In this document: positions 27,339-41,367 of the stretch, one piece after another | How positions within the stretch are numbered: position 1 is the first letter of the stretch | Layout: each line of letters opens with the position of its first letter | Source: Octopus sinensis | Lineage: Eukaryota | Assembly (NCBI RefSeq): GCF_006345805.1 | Contig: NW_021832124.1 | Coordinates: 62,001-126,000, forward strand | Direction of reading: 5' to 3' | DNA length: 64,000 nt | Translations under genes and position numbers: made by a program | Notes under the pieces: model-generated | What the model saw: only the letters and a program-made list of their open reading frames with translations | The model's database searches: none | What the model was told of the DNA's origin: nothing

Positions 27339-27505
27339 ATGGTTGACATGGCCCACATTTCCGGACTGGTGGCTGCCAATGTCATTCCCAGTCCATTCCC
27401 ACACGAAAATGTCACTACGTCCACCACTCGCAAGACTCTTTGCGGTCCTCAATTGTGCTTAAATGTTTCATGACAGATCCGGCATTATTTTTACCCGCAA
27501 AAATA
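27339..27505 (+). pseudogene. SHMT: Serine hydroxymethyltransferase fragment, copy 1
   Basis: [32 protein letters not shown]|SGIIFTRK (cf. [28 protein letters not shown]); PLP-site His replaced by Arg; intron remnant. Confidence 0.85.
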
Positions 27506-27925
27506 AGCCATTTTTAGCCCAAATTTAGTAAAGTTGACTGTGGCGAGCTCATGCGAATTACCCTTTGATGCGATGGCGCCGAATACATCAAAAAGAACCG
27601 TCAAACTCTCTACCTTCAGGGGTGGCCTGCTAATTTTCCCATCTTCTCTTTGTTACTTATAGTTGACAATATTGAACCTTGATTCTGAACTAATTATTTT
27701 AAAACTAAATGTCGACTGAATCGGCATTAAAGTGGCAGAACTATCAAAAACGCAGAGGAGGGGTTACTGAATATTATCAAAAACGATGTTATAATCACAA
27801 ATGTTTCAGCATATGTATCTACTTTGTGGGAGGAAGATTCCTTTTTTATTTAATTACCTTTTATGAAACGTTTTGCTTTATGTAAAGTATACATTCTTCG
27901 TTTTGATTTATGTAAAGTATCTTTA

Positions 27926-28080
27926 ATGGTCGACATGCCCACATTTCCAGACTGGTGCCTGCCAATGTCATTCCCAGTCCATTCTCCCACGTCCACCACT
28001 CACAAGACTCTCCTTCTTCCTCGGTTGTGCTTGAATAGTTCATGACAGATCCGGCATTACTTTCACCCGCAAGAATAAGA
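27926..28080 (+). pseudogene. SHMT: Serine hydroxymethyltransferase fragment, copy 2
   Basis: Frameshifted copy retaining STTHKT and an intact 25-nt GT-AG intron (gttgtgcttgaatagttcatgacag). Confidence 0.8.
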
Positions 28081-28271
28081 ATTTGCCATTCCAAGTCGAC
28101 TCCTCTGTGTTCCACTTTTCCAAGGGTCAGGGCTCCATATTGACTGGGGGGATCGACAACCACCTCATGTGTCTGGAAAGATTCCGTCGTTTTCCCCCGA
28201 GAGTGTGCTTTGACAAGACCTGTCTGTCTATTCCATGTGATTAATAAACACTCCTTTTGTTGGGAAAAGAA

Positions 28272-28945
28272 TTAGAGAGAACAATTAATAACCCGACTGA
28301 GTTTTTGTATTCGACTGAGCAATTTATTGTCAAGTCGGATAATATTTTGATATTGGACACTCCGGTCGTCCTTCCTGGTGGTCTCGACTATTCCCTTCAC
28401 TTTATTGATACTGCATTGGAGTTTGCCACACCCCACATACATGGTCAGTTCTCTGTCAATGTACTCCTCGGTCATCTCATACAAGTCGGCCATGTACTTG
28501 ATGGACAGACTGGAGTATGCCTCCAACAACTGTTTGTACGCCCTCAACATGACGTGATTCTCCGTCTCCGCCAACAACACAAAAAACTGTTTATAGTGGC
28601 ACTGGTAGAAGGAATTGAACAACTCCCGCGGCAAAGGCAGTTCGAACAGGGCTTCCTGGATATCCGAGGACTTGATCACCTCCTTCTTCATTTCCCGACG
28701 GTCGTAGGCAAACACGTACGAGAATATTGTGTATGTCGCAAACTCCCCATAGTCCATCAACTCCGTGCTCGTGTATGTCGATACTCCGTCACGGAATGAG
28801 TCAGCAGCTCCACGGAAATCGCAGATTGTGAGTAAATAAATTCCGTGGTAAATCTTGAGACGATTTCTCTGTTCCCAGTCCTCCACAAACCTACAAATGA
28901 AGACATCGAAGTATATTCGCATCATCAGGAAGTGGTACTACAAGT
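28272..28945 (-). pseudogene. PSMD6: 26S proteasome subunit RPN7 C-terminal half with internal in-frame deletions
   Basis: DWEQRNRLKIYHGIY..STELMDY..LRAYKQLLEAYSSL..IDREL..IQKLSRVIN. N-terminus absent; about 17 residues missing before MLRAY compared with the canonical protein. Confidence 0.75.
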
Positions 28946-29158
28946 TCTGTCCCTCCAAACAGCTCGACTGGATTAATTAAGTTGCAGGTAACTCTCTCCA
29001 AACAGCTCGACTGGATTAATTGAAATACACTCTAAAATCGACTTGAGTAAAATATTTCATATAATAATTATCAGTTTCTTATCATATTTATACATTAATC
29101 AATCATGGTTAACCCAAATAAATAAAATACCGCACAGATTAACTCGAATGTTCTCAGC

Positions 29159-30579
<1,421 letters not shown>

Positions 30580-30779
30580 TTTTTTTTCATTACTTTTTTG
30601 GTTTGGTTTTTTTATAAAAATTCAATAAGTTATGCGTGTTTTTTTATTGTTGAATTTATTACTCAATCACATAATGGTTATCAATTTTTTTTTATTCTAT
30701 AAGTTAAGACTTTTTATTGTTTAAATTACAAAGGTTATACATTTTTATTGTTTCGTTTCTTGAATCGATCATATTATTA

Positions 30780-32020
30780 CACTCAATCCTCTCAAATTGG
30801 CCACAAATTTTGATGTTTTTAATAAATTTGAATTTTATTAATAAAATTTGTCCCACATGTCTTGTCGTAATAATTATACTCGTCTAAATTTTAATCAGAA
30901 AATGGTAATTTTATCTTATAAAGAGGAGAATCCTCATTTTTCTCGTCAACATTTGGTCGAAAGATTTTCTTTTTTGATTAATAAAAAAATTTCTCGAAAA
31001 ACAATCAACAACATTGGTATACTGGGGAGGGAATGGACGAAAGTTCGGCAAGATTAGATTTGTAGTTTTACTTTAGATCCAATCTGGTTTCCGCAATCTG
31101 GTTTCCAATCTGGTTTCCGCACCGTTTGAGTTCGGCAAGTCTCTGTTATGGGATGCGACGTGTTCAGACACTTTCTCGGAGCTCAACCTTCCTTCTTCAG
31201 CTGTCGAGCCTGGCTCAGTCTCTCGCAAAACCGAGAAGATGAAGATTGGAAAGTACAAGGAGCTCTCTGAACGGTATCTGTTCACTCCCATCGCCGTCGA
31301 GACTTCCGGCGTCATCGGCGAAAAGTCTCTTTCCTTTCTAAAAAAGCTTGGCCGCATGATCTCCCATAAACGGGGAGACCCACGCGAGTCCAAGTGGCTT
31401 TTCGAAAGGATTTCCTTGGCCATAGTACGTGGAAACTGTGTTTCCATTTACGATGCCGGGAATTTAGTTAGTTAATAACTATTTGTTAATTACATATAAA
31501 AAAAAAATAAAAATAAAAAAAAAAAAAAAAAAAAAAAAAATCAACAACATTCTTTTGAAAAAAATTCTCCTCTCAAAGATAGCAAAATACAAAATCTAGC
31601 CTCAAAAAAGTATCTAATCTTAAGTTTCCTGAACTTGATGCAAAATTGGTTGAATGGATAAATTTGATTGAGTCTAGAGGTATCTTATTTAGGGAAGAGA
31701 TGGAAAAATGCGGAAACATTGAAGATGAAAATGATGAAAATATAAATGTTGGGGAAGAAATTAACAAAAATGACATTGTGGTCAGGTTAACGACAATTGA
31801 AAAAGATTTATTAAAAACATTTAAAACGAGCATGATGTCTTACTAATCTCATCTATAAGACGTTACAAAAAATATACCGATAGCTAAAAAAACAAATGGG
31901 AATTGAATTTTACTTTAGTTTCTTTGAAACATTATCGATTTTATTATCTAATTGGCCATTTCTCAAATTGGCTAACAAAATTGAAGGAACCAAAAATGGC
32001 CAATTTGAGAGGGTTAAGTG
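30780..32020 (+). mobile_element. Non-autonomous pogo/Tigger-like element (CENP-B-type HTH remnant)
   Basis: TIR cactcaatcctctcaaattggcca / tggccaatttgagagggttaagtg with TA flanks; RLNFNQKMVIL..ISRKTINNI and PELDAKLVEWI. Confidence 0.8.
31016..31538 (+). mobile_element. Young 5'-truncated CRE-like insertion with poly(A) tail and templated 5' filler
   Basis: LWDATCSDT..FTPIAVETSG..GDPRESKWLFERISLAIVRGN; A-tail of about 40 nt; 13-bp TSD aatcaacaacatt (31003-31015, 31539-31551). Confidence 0.92.
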
Positions 32021-32687
32021 TACTTAACATTTGTAACTAATTTAGATCAATAAACCTCTGGACTAAAAAAAATTCCTGATGACCTTGATTTTGTGACTTT
32101 CGTCTGAAACGATTTAAGTCGGTAGTATCTCTTCCCGTCAGCCGACTAGTATTAACAATGCCTATGAAATTTTTCTTATGAAAGTAGATGTATTGCTTAT
32201 TTGAGTCTAGTCATTTATGTTGAAATGTCAATTTATGTGGCCTTTGTTATATGTGTTGCTAGCATACTTGCTAGGACGTTTACTAGCATATAGCACTCAT
32301 TTTTTTGATGTGGAGTTGGCATGTAGCAGAATACACACGGATGGCATTATAATTTTTTACTGCTAACGCGAAAAGTGGCTTGTCTCTTGAATGCGAGAGA
32401 AAAACATAAACTTTATGAAAAGTTCATTTTTGTAGAAACCAGGAAAACGAAAACTTTGACTTTTATTTATTCCAAAAGTTTATGAAAAAGTGAGAAGCAA
32501 TCCCCTTGTGGGTGGTGTCCTCAATTCTTAGTTTTTATAAATAAATACAAATTTAAAATTCAACGAATGAAACAAAATGGAATTAAAATACAATTTTATT
32601 AATTTTTTATCAAAAAAATGAAACCAGAAACTTGAACACAAAATATGAGTATAAATAACAAAATAATAATTATTATAAAATATTTTT

Positions 32688-34300
32688 TTATGACTTTACT
32701 CTAAAATAACATAGTCGTAAAAAACTTGATTTTATTATAATTGAAGCTCTATAAATAAATCCATCTATTGAAAGGGCACTGAATGTATACTTTCCATAAT
32801 TTTCTTCACTTGCATTTAAGATTGAAGCCACCGCCAAATTATTAGAAATAGACTTTGCATGTATAAATGATTTTGAGTTGTAATGCTCGATTATTAGTTC
32901 ACTAACGTGTATTTCTGGAGATATTTTGCAATACACATAAAGACTGTTGTCGTTATTATTATATGACTCCTCCTCGTATGATAAAAAACAACTTGAATTA
33001 GACTTACATTTCCTTATATGTAAACTTGATGTGCTACTTATTATGAAGAAAAGAATCCACTTAATAATTAGATAAAGCGTACGGTAATTGCCATTCTTCT
33101 CAATTGACAAATTGGTAACCATCAATCAGTACAAAATAGTATTTTACAGTTAATATCTATATTTAATTAGATTTTTGTCTCTACACGGTGTTTTAGATTT
33201 GTATTTGAAAGACAAGAAACAGAGCTTCGACGGGTTTCTAGATCTTTGTTGCCTTTTTAGTGGAGATATTGTAATCAACATAACATTAATTCCAGTACAT
33301 AAAAACTTGTTAAGTAAAATACTTAACAACTCATTTGATGGATTGGATGACTTATACAGAATGTAAATTTGAATATTTTAAATCATTAGATGTCATTGTG
33401 GCTGTAGTAACTTTCGTTAAGTGAATACGGACGCATTTGCAAGTTTAAGATATTTTTTACAATCTAAATTTATCATTACAGTTCCATCTCAAAAAATACG
33501 ATTTTTCAGTTCGCAAAGGTCAGCCGTAAGTTACCTATTATGTATTTTAAATTACTTACTGTATAGGTTTTTTTCAAAACAGAAATGTCCAGATTTACTA
33601 ACAGGTCCCAGTCAATAATGTATACTTAGATATTCTCATAGTAAGCTTGAAAATAAAGGACTTGAGTGTTTAAAAAAATTCCCCATTTTGACAAAAGGAT
33701 GGAAATAGACACAATTTGAAATAATACTGCAATATTAGAAACGAATAAGCATACTGTACGTTAGTTTACTTACAGTAGGTTGCAATCTCTGTCAGTGTCC
33801 AGCATCAATCAATATGATATGCAAAGAGCATTCCGGCTAATCAAATATTCGACGTCGCTAATTTAATAACATGATATTCATTTTAATATTTCCTTGTTTT
33901 GCTTTTTATCTTGACTTAGTTTCAATTGCTACATACAGTAGTTACAATGAAATATATGATCACTAACAAAACATGTAATTGACTCTATAAAATGATTGTT
34001 AATTCCATAAATGGTGTTAGTTTAGTTTTCTTGTATTTAAATAACTTAATTTAATAACTTTTAAAGAACAGTTTAGTATTGAATCTACGTAGCATTCATT
34101 GTATAAGTAACATCCCAATGAATACAGTTTTTATGCTAATTAATATCATTCAACTAAACCAATATTTCTCAACTATTATTGTATACAAATGTATTCTCAT
34201 AGAAAATCTAGATGAGAGCAAAATTCCAATTTTTAATCATAAAAAATATGTATCAACATTCGGACATGTAATATTAAAAACATTGAAAGCATTTGGTATG
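32688..34300 (-). CDS. Probable multi-exon gene, structure unresolved; last exon Ig-like
   Basis: 145-codon ORF with Ig-like pattern (VYCKIS..LNASEENYGKYTFSA); upstream GT-AG micro-intron-like segments could not be joined reliably. Confidence 0.3.
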
Positions 34301-34389
34301 TGATCAATTACTTATCATAAAAAACCAATAATTTGGTGAGTGATTGAAATCGCAATTAATTAAATATTTAGATACTACTAATTAATTAA

Positions 34390-34640
34390 CATGGTTATTG
34401 ATAAAATACTTTATCCACTTTGACGGATTCTGTTATTTCAGCTTTTCTAGGCATAGGAATGATTGGAGGAAGGCTTTGATTGTGGTAGAACATTAGTCAC
34501 TTCAGTTTTCTCAGTCCGAATGCTACTACTGGGATATATGTTTATCGATTCCGACTTTGATGGAGAAAGAGACAACAAATTGTCTAATAGCCATTCACAG
34601 GTACGATTGATGTTTGACTAAACCCTCAACGAAAGAAGAT
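34390..34640 (-). mobile_element. LINE RT remnant
   Basis: CEWLLDNLLSLSPSKSE resembles ESWLSLNRLSTSPEKS of the 40629 element. Confidence 0.4.
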
Positions 34641-34779
34641 CCTATAATAATTAATTATTTTCTAAAAATTTCGAAGTTATGAAAACAAGACTTTTTATAA
34701 TCTCAAGAAAACCTTCAAATTATTTTCATCAGATTTTTTTACTATTTTTTTAATAAACAGTCGTTAATTCTTTGATTAA

Positions 34780-34920
34780 GAGGACGAGCGAAAACAGGCC
34801 AGCTAAGCTCACGTCTCTCGTGACTCTTCCTCGAGATCATCAAACCAATCTCCGAAAGGAACTCCACTCGTCTCGAAAGCCAGAGGGATGAAAAGGCAGG
34901 TGTTCTCCAATGAGAAATGT
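34780..34920 (-). mobile_element. CRE-like 3' fragment (same subfamily as 62781)
   Basis: Near-identical to the ..gactccttctcgagatgattaaaccaatctc..ctcgaaagccagggg segment at about 62930-63020. Confidence 0.6.
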
Positions 34921-35239
34921 TTCGATCTGAAGTTTATGATCATCTTCTACTTTAAAAATGAAAGGATTTACAATCCAATCAGGAACAGAATTTTGTGCAT
35001 AAAAATAATTTTAAAATTTCTCAACAAAATTTTCGAGATGTTCATCGAATAATTTTCAATAACGAATTATCGTGATTTGTATTTCGATAAAACGTTTCAA
35101 CGAGAGGAAACTATATTTAATTTCAAGATTATTTTTTCAAAAATATAATTTATTTTTGAATTCAAAGATTTTTTCATTTAATTTAATTGAAGAAATGTAT
35201 TTTCCTAAAAATTCATAAATATAGTTAACTTTGCAAAGA

Positions 35240-36270
35240 TAAATTAAAATCAATTCAAAATAGAAAAAATGTCAGAAAGATAAAATATTTTTTTTGAATT
35301 CAATGGATTCTATCAATTCAAATAAATCAAAAAGATTGAAATAGCATCAGACAACTCAAAAACTCTTGTCAAAGCCCGTCCCCTGGTAATTATTTGTATT
35401 ATTTGATCGAGGACAATCGTCATCTCTGATGGTAAAGCTTTTGATGCAAGAGAATATTTTTGTATTGGACAATGGAATGATAGGATATTTAGATTCTTTT
35501 TTTACATTTGCAATAAATCCTGACCGTCAGTGAAAATTGATCCGACTTAATTCCAGTCAATAAAATTAAGTTCCATAAATTTGTCAACAACAACAAAAAT
35601 AGCCTGATCTTGTTTTCTTTCATCAAGTTCGATACAAAAAAGAAAATCCTCAACGATCTTGTTTGCATCGACAATACGTACAAAAGAAACCAACTGATAA
35701 ATCAAAGTTATATCAGTCGATTCATCGATCTGGATGCTTATCGGTAAAGAACTACAGTTAATACGATGAACAAGATATCACCAGACATATCTTGAATTCT
35801 TCGAGAAATTGTATTATTTGACAAAGGAACCTCTTTGAATCTGGATACAGAATCGCAGCCAAGTAAAATTTCGGCCATTGAAATAATAGAAGTTTTATTA
35901 AAAGTTCGTCAGAAGAATGAGGTGCCTTATTTTTTGCAATAATATAAGCTACTAAAAAAGAAAAAACCTCGTATGATGCGCGAAAAGTAGATTAGGTTTA
36001 AAAAAGAGGAAAAAGGTTATTTTTAGCGTGAAATAATAACTTTTTGGCTTAGCGGAGAACTTCTCAAAGCTAAGTTTTGAATATGGATGAACAGACTACA
36101 GATGTCTTTTTAACTTTGCTGGTTTATGTGATTATTGTTAAGAATGGTATAGCAAATCATGCATGCATTGAGCCATTGAAATTGTTATCAGAAGATAGAT
36201 ATTTTGAGAATCCATATTGAATATAAGATTCACGCCAGAATCGTTTCTTATTCAACATTAAAAACGTGAT
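35240..36270 (-). mobile_element. hAT (Buster-like) transposase remnant
   Basis: KRFWRESYIQYGF, EVPLSNNTISRRIQDM, IQIDESTD, EDFLFC, RGRALTRVFEL, YLSDIF. Confidence 0.75.
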
Positions 36271-36302
36271 TACAGTGTACAGAAAATTTAAAATAAAGAA
36301 TA

Positions 36303-36884
36303 GAATAGTGTTTATTGAGCGAAAAGAAAAAGAAAAACAAGAAAGAAAATCATCAGCGGGGAGATAAAAACAAGGCACCGAAGTGTCTCTTTCCATGCAT
36401 ATCCCCAATACTAGTCATGTTTGACGACAATTCTCCAAGACCATCCGGATCGTGGGCACAGAGAATTCTTGTGAGTCTTTTAACCTTCCGTCAAGTTGTA
36501 CTCCGTAAGCCAATTTCATAGCGAAACGTCTTGTCTTTTCCAACTGTTCGATCAGGTAGTCACTCTCCTCCGTACCGTACCAGCCCTCGTAGCCATATGT
36601 GAGGACTGGCTGCACACACGTTTTGTATACGTAGATGTACGTTTTCGGATCCAGATGAAACCTGGTTAAGCTTTTGAGGATCCTCACACTCCTCTTTCTC
36701 GGATTTGCTATATGATCTGCGTACGAGCCACGACATTTGATGGTTTGCTCCCAGGTAATAAAGATTTTTGCTTTTCGAGAGATCCATCACATAACTACTC
36801 ATCGCATATGCACACGACTCCGCATAGCGACTCCCTCTCCGCAACCATGAAGTGGTGCTCTTCTCCGGTGCTAGGGTCAAACCC
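36303..36884 (-). mobile_element. 5'-truncated I/Jockey-like LINE
   Basis: YKTCVQPVLTYGYEGW; aataaa near the 3' end; 15-bp TSD ttaaaataaagaata (36288-36302, 36885-36899). Confidence 0.8.
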
Positions 36885-36899
36885 TTAAAATAAAGAATA

Positions 36900-37570
36900 T
36901 TCAATTTTGACAATGCGATAAGCAATATCGACATTTTTGAATCAATTATGTCAATGCTATATTCAATTTTGACATTTTTTATGTTAATTTTGACTTTTGA
37001 CGATTCGTAATTTATTTTATATTTTCCGATTCGCCGTTCTTGTACAAATTTTATGTCAAGAAAAAATTCAAGAATATCAGAAGCTACGAGAAGAGCACTT
37101 ATAAACAAAAATGAAGAGGGTGGCGATTATATACAGCTTGCTCGGGATCTTGGTGTCAAGAGGACAACAGCTATAGCCATTGTGAAAAGTGGAAATCCGT
37201 ATGTTTGTAAACGTGGAGGTAGAAGAGATGCTACGATTAAACTTACGGATGATGATATGAAGTTGATATTTGAAAAAATTGCGAATAATCCATCGATAAC
37301 ATTAAAAGAAATACGAACATTGTTAAATAATAAAGTTTGTATTGCGACGATATATAAACGACTTGGTGGTCCCCTGTGGAATGTTCTGAAGACGATTTTG
37401 ATTACCAACAAAATGCTGCAAAGAAAACCAATTTCCAGCAATAGTCTGGAAAATTAGAAAAAAGATTCCATTGACTTAATTAATAAAATTATCTTTTTGA
37501 ACTCTCATCTTGATATAGACGATTAGAAAAAATTCCTTATGTGTGTCTGTTATAAAAATATTTGTCAAAA
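36900..37570 (+). mobile_element. Internally deleted IS630/Tc1-like element (HTH region only)
   Basis: LARDLGVKRTTAIAIV..GGRR..KLT..NPSITLKEI; no DDE domain; ends approximate. Confidence 0.6.
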
Positions 37571-38479
37571 TATTCACAGTAAAATAATTATAATATTTTA
37601 CATATGAAATGAGACAAAGTCTCTAATTAATCGAACATCAGATAAATTCCCTGGGAACTTTGGAACGAAGGGTCTGCAAACGGCCAATTGATATAAGAAT
37701 GTCAAAATTGAATATGTTTCGATCCATTGATGGACATTCATTTTTTTATTCACCCATTTAAAATACGATGAATTTAAATTCGGAGGATTAAAATTTAATA
37801 CCAAATCAGTATCATCCAAGTTTTCTAGCATACTTTATCTAGCATACTTTATACAAAATGTACCTGAAACATCCAAAATATTTTTTACATCCAAATCCTG
37901 GGGCTGGCAGGCTCAGTTCAAGGAAGCTAGCTGCATCTGATTGGCTTGCGAGCGAAGACTCTCCAATAAATGTGAACATCTGATGACATTCCAACTCTTC
38001 TGCATAATAGGATTCTCTGGAAGGTAAGTCCGAGCGATCTCCAGGCATGAACAGCAACATAATATTTCGCAAACTTGCCGAATTTGGGTGAATTTATAAG
38101 AACAGAGGGAATAAAATTTCTAGAAAGGACAACGAGGAAAGATGGGAAGGCAAAATCGGCACAAAACAAACCCCAATACCCCCAAAGCGGAGTGGGGGCG
38201 CAGCACGAGAACGTCCCACCTTAGAAAACAAGGTGTTCAAAGGAAGTGTAACGACAAAGCAACAGAGTCATGCAAGGGGAGGCAATAACCCTCAAGAATC
38301 ACAAGATCTTCATGGGCAGTTAAGCGGAGACCGTCAATCCTCTCAAAAGGACCATAAAAGCATTACTCTGATATGTTACTGACTCCGAAAGTCTTATTAC
38401 TTGACATTTATCACCGTTTAACAAAAGCCCAATTTTTGAAATTCAAATTTTATCGTCGCGAAGTCTTCCATAATCACTT

Positions 38480-39200
38480 CTAAAGGACCACCGAGAGTGA
38501 CGTCGTCTAAATACCAAAAATTGACCTACGAGAATGTGCTGCGTGGCATATGATCAACATAAGAGCGAATAACAGAGGGCTGAGGGGATCACCTTGTTGG
38601 ATTCCACATTCCGACCTGATGACTTTCCCGGAAAACAACAAGCTGCTTAGCATAGAATATGCAAAAAAACTATTGGAAATAACTCGGATAGGGTTCGGTG
38701 ACTGCCTCGAGCACATGGTTTGTGACGCTATTGACACCGACGCCGAATTGATAAATCAAAAACTTCTTTCTCAATTGCGGGACAAAACGATGAGATATTA
38801 TTTTGGAATCCAGGCGTCTTAATAGGTTCCCATCACACTTGCGGAGAGCCGTAAGATTGCAGAAAAGAGGAGATTCCTTGCTACAGCAGGTAAAGAGCCA
38901 GTAATGATCCAAGTACAAAACCGATTGATTGAACATAATAGAACACGGTCTAAATCGGCCGTCAGAGGAGACATGAGGTCCCTCAAATCGATTGGCTTAA
39001 TCCCATCAATCCTACCACTGCTGCTGAGTGTGAAGGATGCCAAGGCAGCCGCGACCTCAGTATAAATCAGAATGAACAAAACAGGCACAGACGTCTTTAA
39101 TCCGCTGGGCAGGAGGAACTGTTTGGGCATCAAATGATCGGACAGGACTGGACCCAAATAATAGGAAGCAAAATAGAAAAGCTTAAACCTAGCCTCGCCA
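38480..39200 (-). mobile_element. CRE-like RT domain fragment
   Basis: SSSGRIDGIKP..RRLDSKI..QFGVGV..GIQQGDPLSPLLFAL. Confidence 0.8.
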
Positions 39201-39599
39201 GAATCGAACGACAGAGCCTGGTCAATAATAAAGGAAAGGGACTTTGTGACTAATAGTCACCCTGATAATGATTTGGTCTTTCATAAATATGTTTGATTTT
39301 GTTTTTAAGGCATAAAGAATCAAGATAAATATTATTAAACTCCGTTTCATTATCTGTTTGTAGAATCTCGAAAAGGTCAATTTCAAAACAAATTTCTTCA
39401 AATGCAATATAAGATTTAAAAATACTCATTGCAGATTTATTTTTAACTTCTTTACAGATAACATACTTACTGTAAATTTATATTTTATATGCTTTAAGGA
39501 TATTTGTAGAAGTTCGCCGTCTAAGATAGTCACTATTGATCAATATTCTGCAATATTTTTCACAAAACATATTATATATAGAAAGAAACCTGCTAAGAT

Positions 39600-39885
39600 A
39601 CATTTCCTGTCTCACACATAATTTCGTGTGCTCTGGAAGCTAAATCCGCCGCTAAGAATGCTGAAAATACAAAACTGACAAAATATTCCGGCCTTTCGCA
39701 TAAGTTCTTCGTGCTGCTGATTGCGGTGGAGATGTCGGGTGCTCATTGTCTGAAGACGGAAAACTTTCTCCGCAAGCTCTGGGTCAAAATCTCAATGCGC
39801 ATTCACAAGAGGTGGACTGGTTTTTCCAGTGGTTCTCGATCGCCGTTCTCAGGAGGAACAGGCTGCTGGCGGCTAAAAAAACACA
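39600..39885 (+). mobile_element. CRE-like 3' fragment (same subfamily as 12577)
   Basis: AKNAENTKLTKYSGLSHKFFVLLIAVEMSG..FLRKL. Confidence 0.75.
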
Positions 39886-40628
39886 AATTTTAATAAATAT
39901 TGTCAAAACTGAATAGTGCTTTGTAAAATTTGATATAAAAAATGTTAAAATAGAATATCACAGTCAAAATAGTTATAAAAATTTTCAGAATTGAACTGAA
40001 AATGGCATATATTTCACCAACATACATATCTAAGAATTTTGTAATCACCTCCATTCTCAAGCCCGGAAAACCAAAAGGTGATTTTTTTCCTACAGACCAG
40101 TATTTATATTCTAGGTCTTGTCAAAAGTACGTAAAAAACTGGTATCTGTTCTAAAATTGTCGGATTTCCACATGGCTTTAGGTTCGGCCGTTCTACAACG
40201 ACACATTTTGGATCTATCCCGAGAACACGTACTGTCTTGATGTCTATTGATATACATAAAGCCTTTAATTCTTTTTTTAGAAAACTCTTAACAGGCAAGA
40301 TTTTTCAGATTTTTATGAAAATGTCTTAACTGGTAGTCGTGGAAAATTTCGGATAGGAAGAACTCCGTAAAAATAAAGACTGCTTTCGAACAGAGTCCCC
40401 TAATCTATTTAAAAAAATCATCTAATTTGTCGGCTGTATATCCATCAAAATCCCAGCTTACTTTATATTTAAAAAAAACTTGAAATATTTATTGGAGACA
40501 TCCCTATTCCATATACAACACCTAGAAAAATTTTCAAGTCATTTTCGACTACGTTCTTCAGTTATGTAAAAAAAGTACTAACCAAGAGACTGTGGATGTT
40601 CTGAAGATGATTTTCATACTATTGTTAT

Positions 40629-41367
40629 TATTATTATTAGAACCATCATTTTATCATACGCTGACGATATCGTAATTGCTACCCGGAGCCGTGAGGTGAA
40701 CACGGCGAGTACAAAACTGCAGAACCACCTTAACAATCTCGAAAGTTGGCTCTCGCTAAACCGACTATCAACGAGTCCGGAAAAATCGGTCACCACGCTT
40801 ATGACCTCAGCAAGGAAGCTTGGTAAAACGGTGATGAACCTGTACCTAAATAACATGGAAATCCCGTTTCAAAAATCTCAGAAAATCCTCGGGGTGACTT
40901 ACGACAGTCATATGTGTTTCTCTCAACAAGTCGATAATATTACTACGAGGTGCATGAAGAAACTGAACATCTTGAAAGTGTTTCTTCGTAAATGCAGACA
41001 GTGTATCAGCTTCCCCGCACGACAAGCCTTATACCGGCAATTCATCGAACCCTCCCTTAGCTATGCTTGTGAGGCGTGGGGAGGGTTTATCAGTGGAACG
41101 AACCGCACTAAAATCGAGAAAACTCAAGATCGCTTCCGAAAAGCACTGCAGGGACCGAACGAACATCTACTCATCGCCCCATTTAATGAAATCTTGAGAA
41201 GAAACCTCGGGGCTACAGGGCCTAAAACACCACCACCGCGCCCTCACAGAAATTGTGCCGGGACAAGGGAGGAGCACCGGGCATAGCTGAGGACCCTCCT
41301 CAGAGAAGCCGGGATCACCTGATTAATTAGTTTTATGTTTTGGACGGTGATCTTGGTTCTAATAATA
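40629..41367 (+). mobile_element. 5'-truncated I/Jockey-like LINE with (TAA)n tail and inverted 3'-end copy at the 5' junction
   Basis: YADDIVIA, SPEKS, ILGVTYD, YACEAWG; 13-bp TSD atactattgttat (40616-40628, 41368-41380). Confidence 0.9.

Larger units (their letters stand above)
25088..28080. repeat. Tandem duplication of a ~560-bp unit containing an SHMT fragment; first copy split by a hAT insertion
   Basis: 25088-25374 plus ~27228-27500 matches 27522-28080; the junction gtatctactt|tgtgggagg is restored in copy 2. Confidence 0.8.

Noticed and set aside
28257-28799. 180-aa plus-strand ORF and similar long antisense ORFs (e.g. 23913-24398, 62948-63427)
   Set aside because: Shadows of real coding or transposon sequence on the opposite strand.
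32070-32130. ctgatga...gaaac hammerhead-like motif
   Set aside because: Stem II does not close and the cleavage-site U is absent; at best a degenerate relic.
37580-38340. Minus-strand ORF pieces, possible gene remnant
   Set aside because: No recognisable motif; frame broken by a 14-bp duplication.
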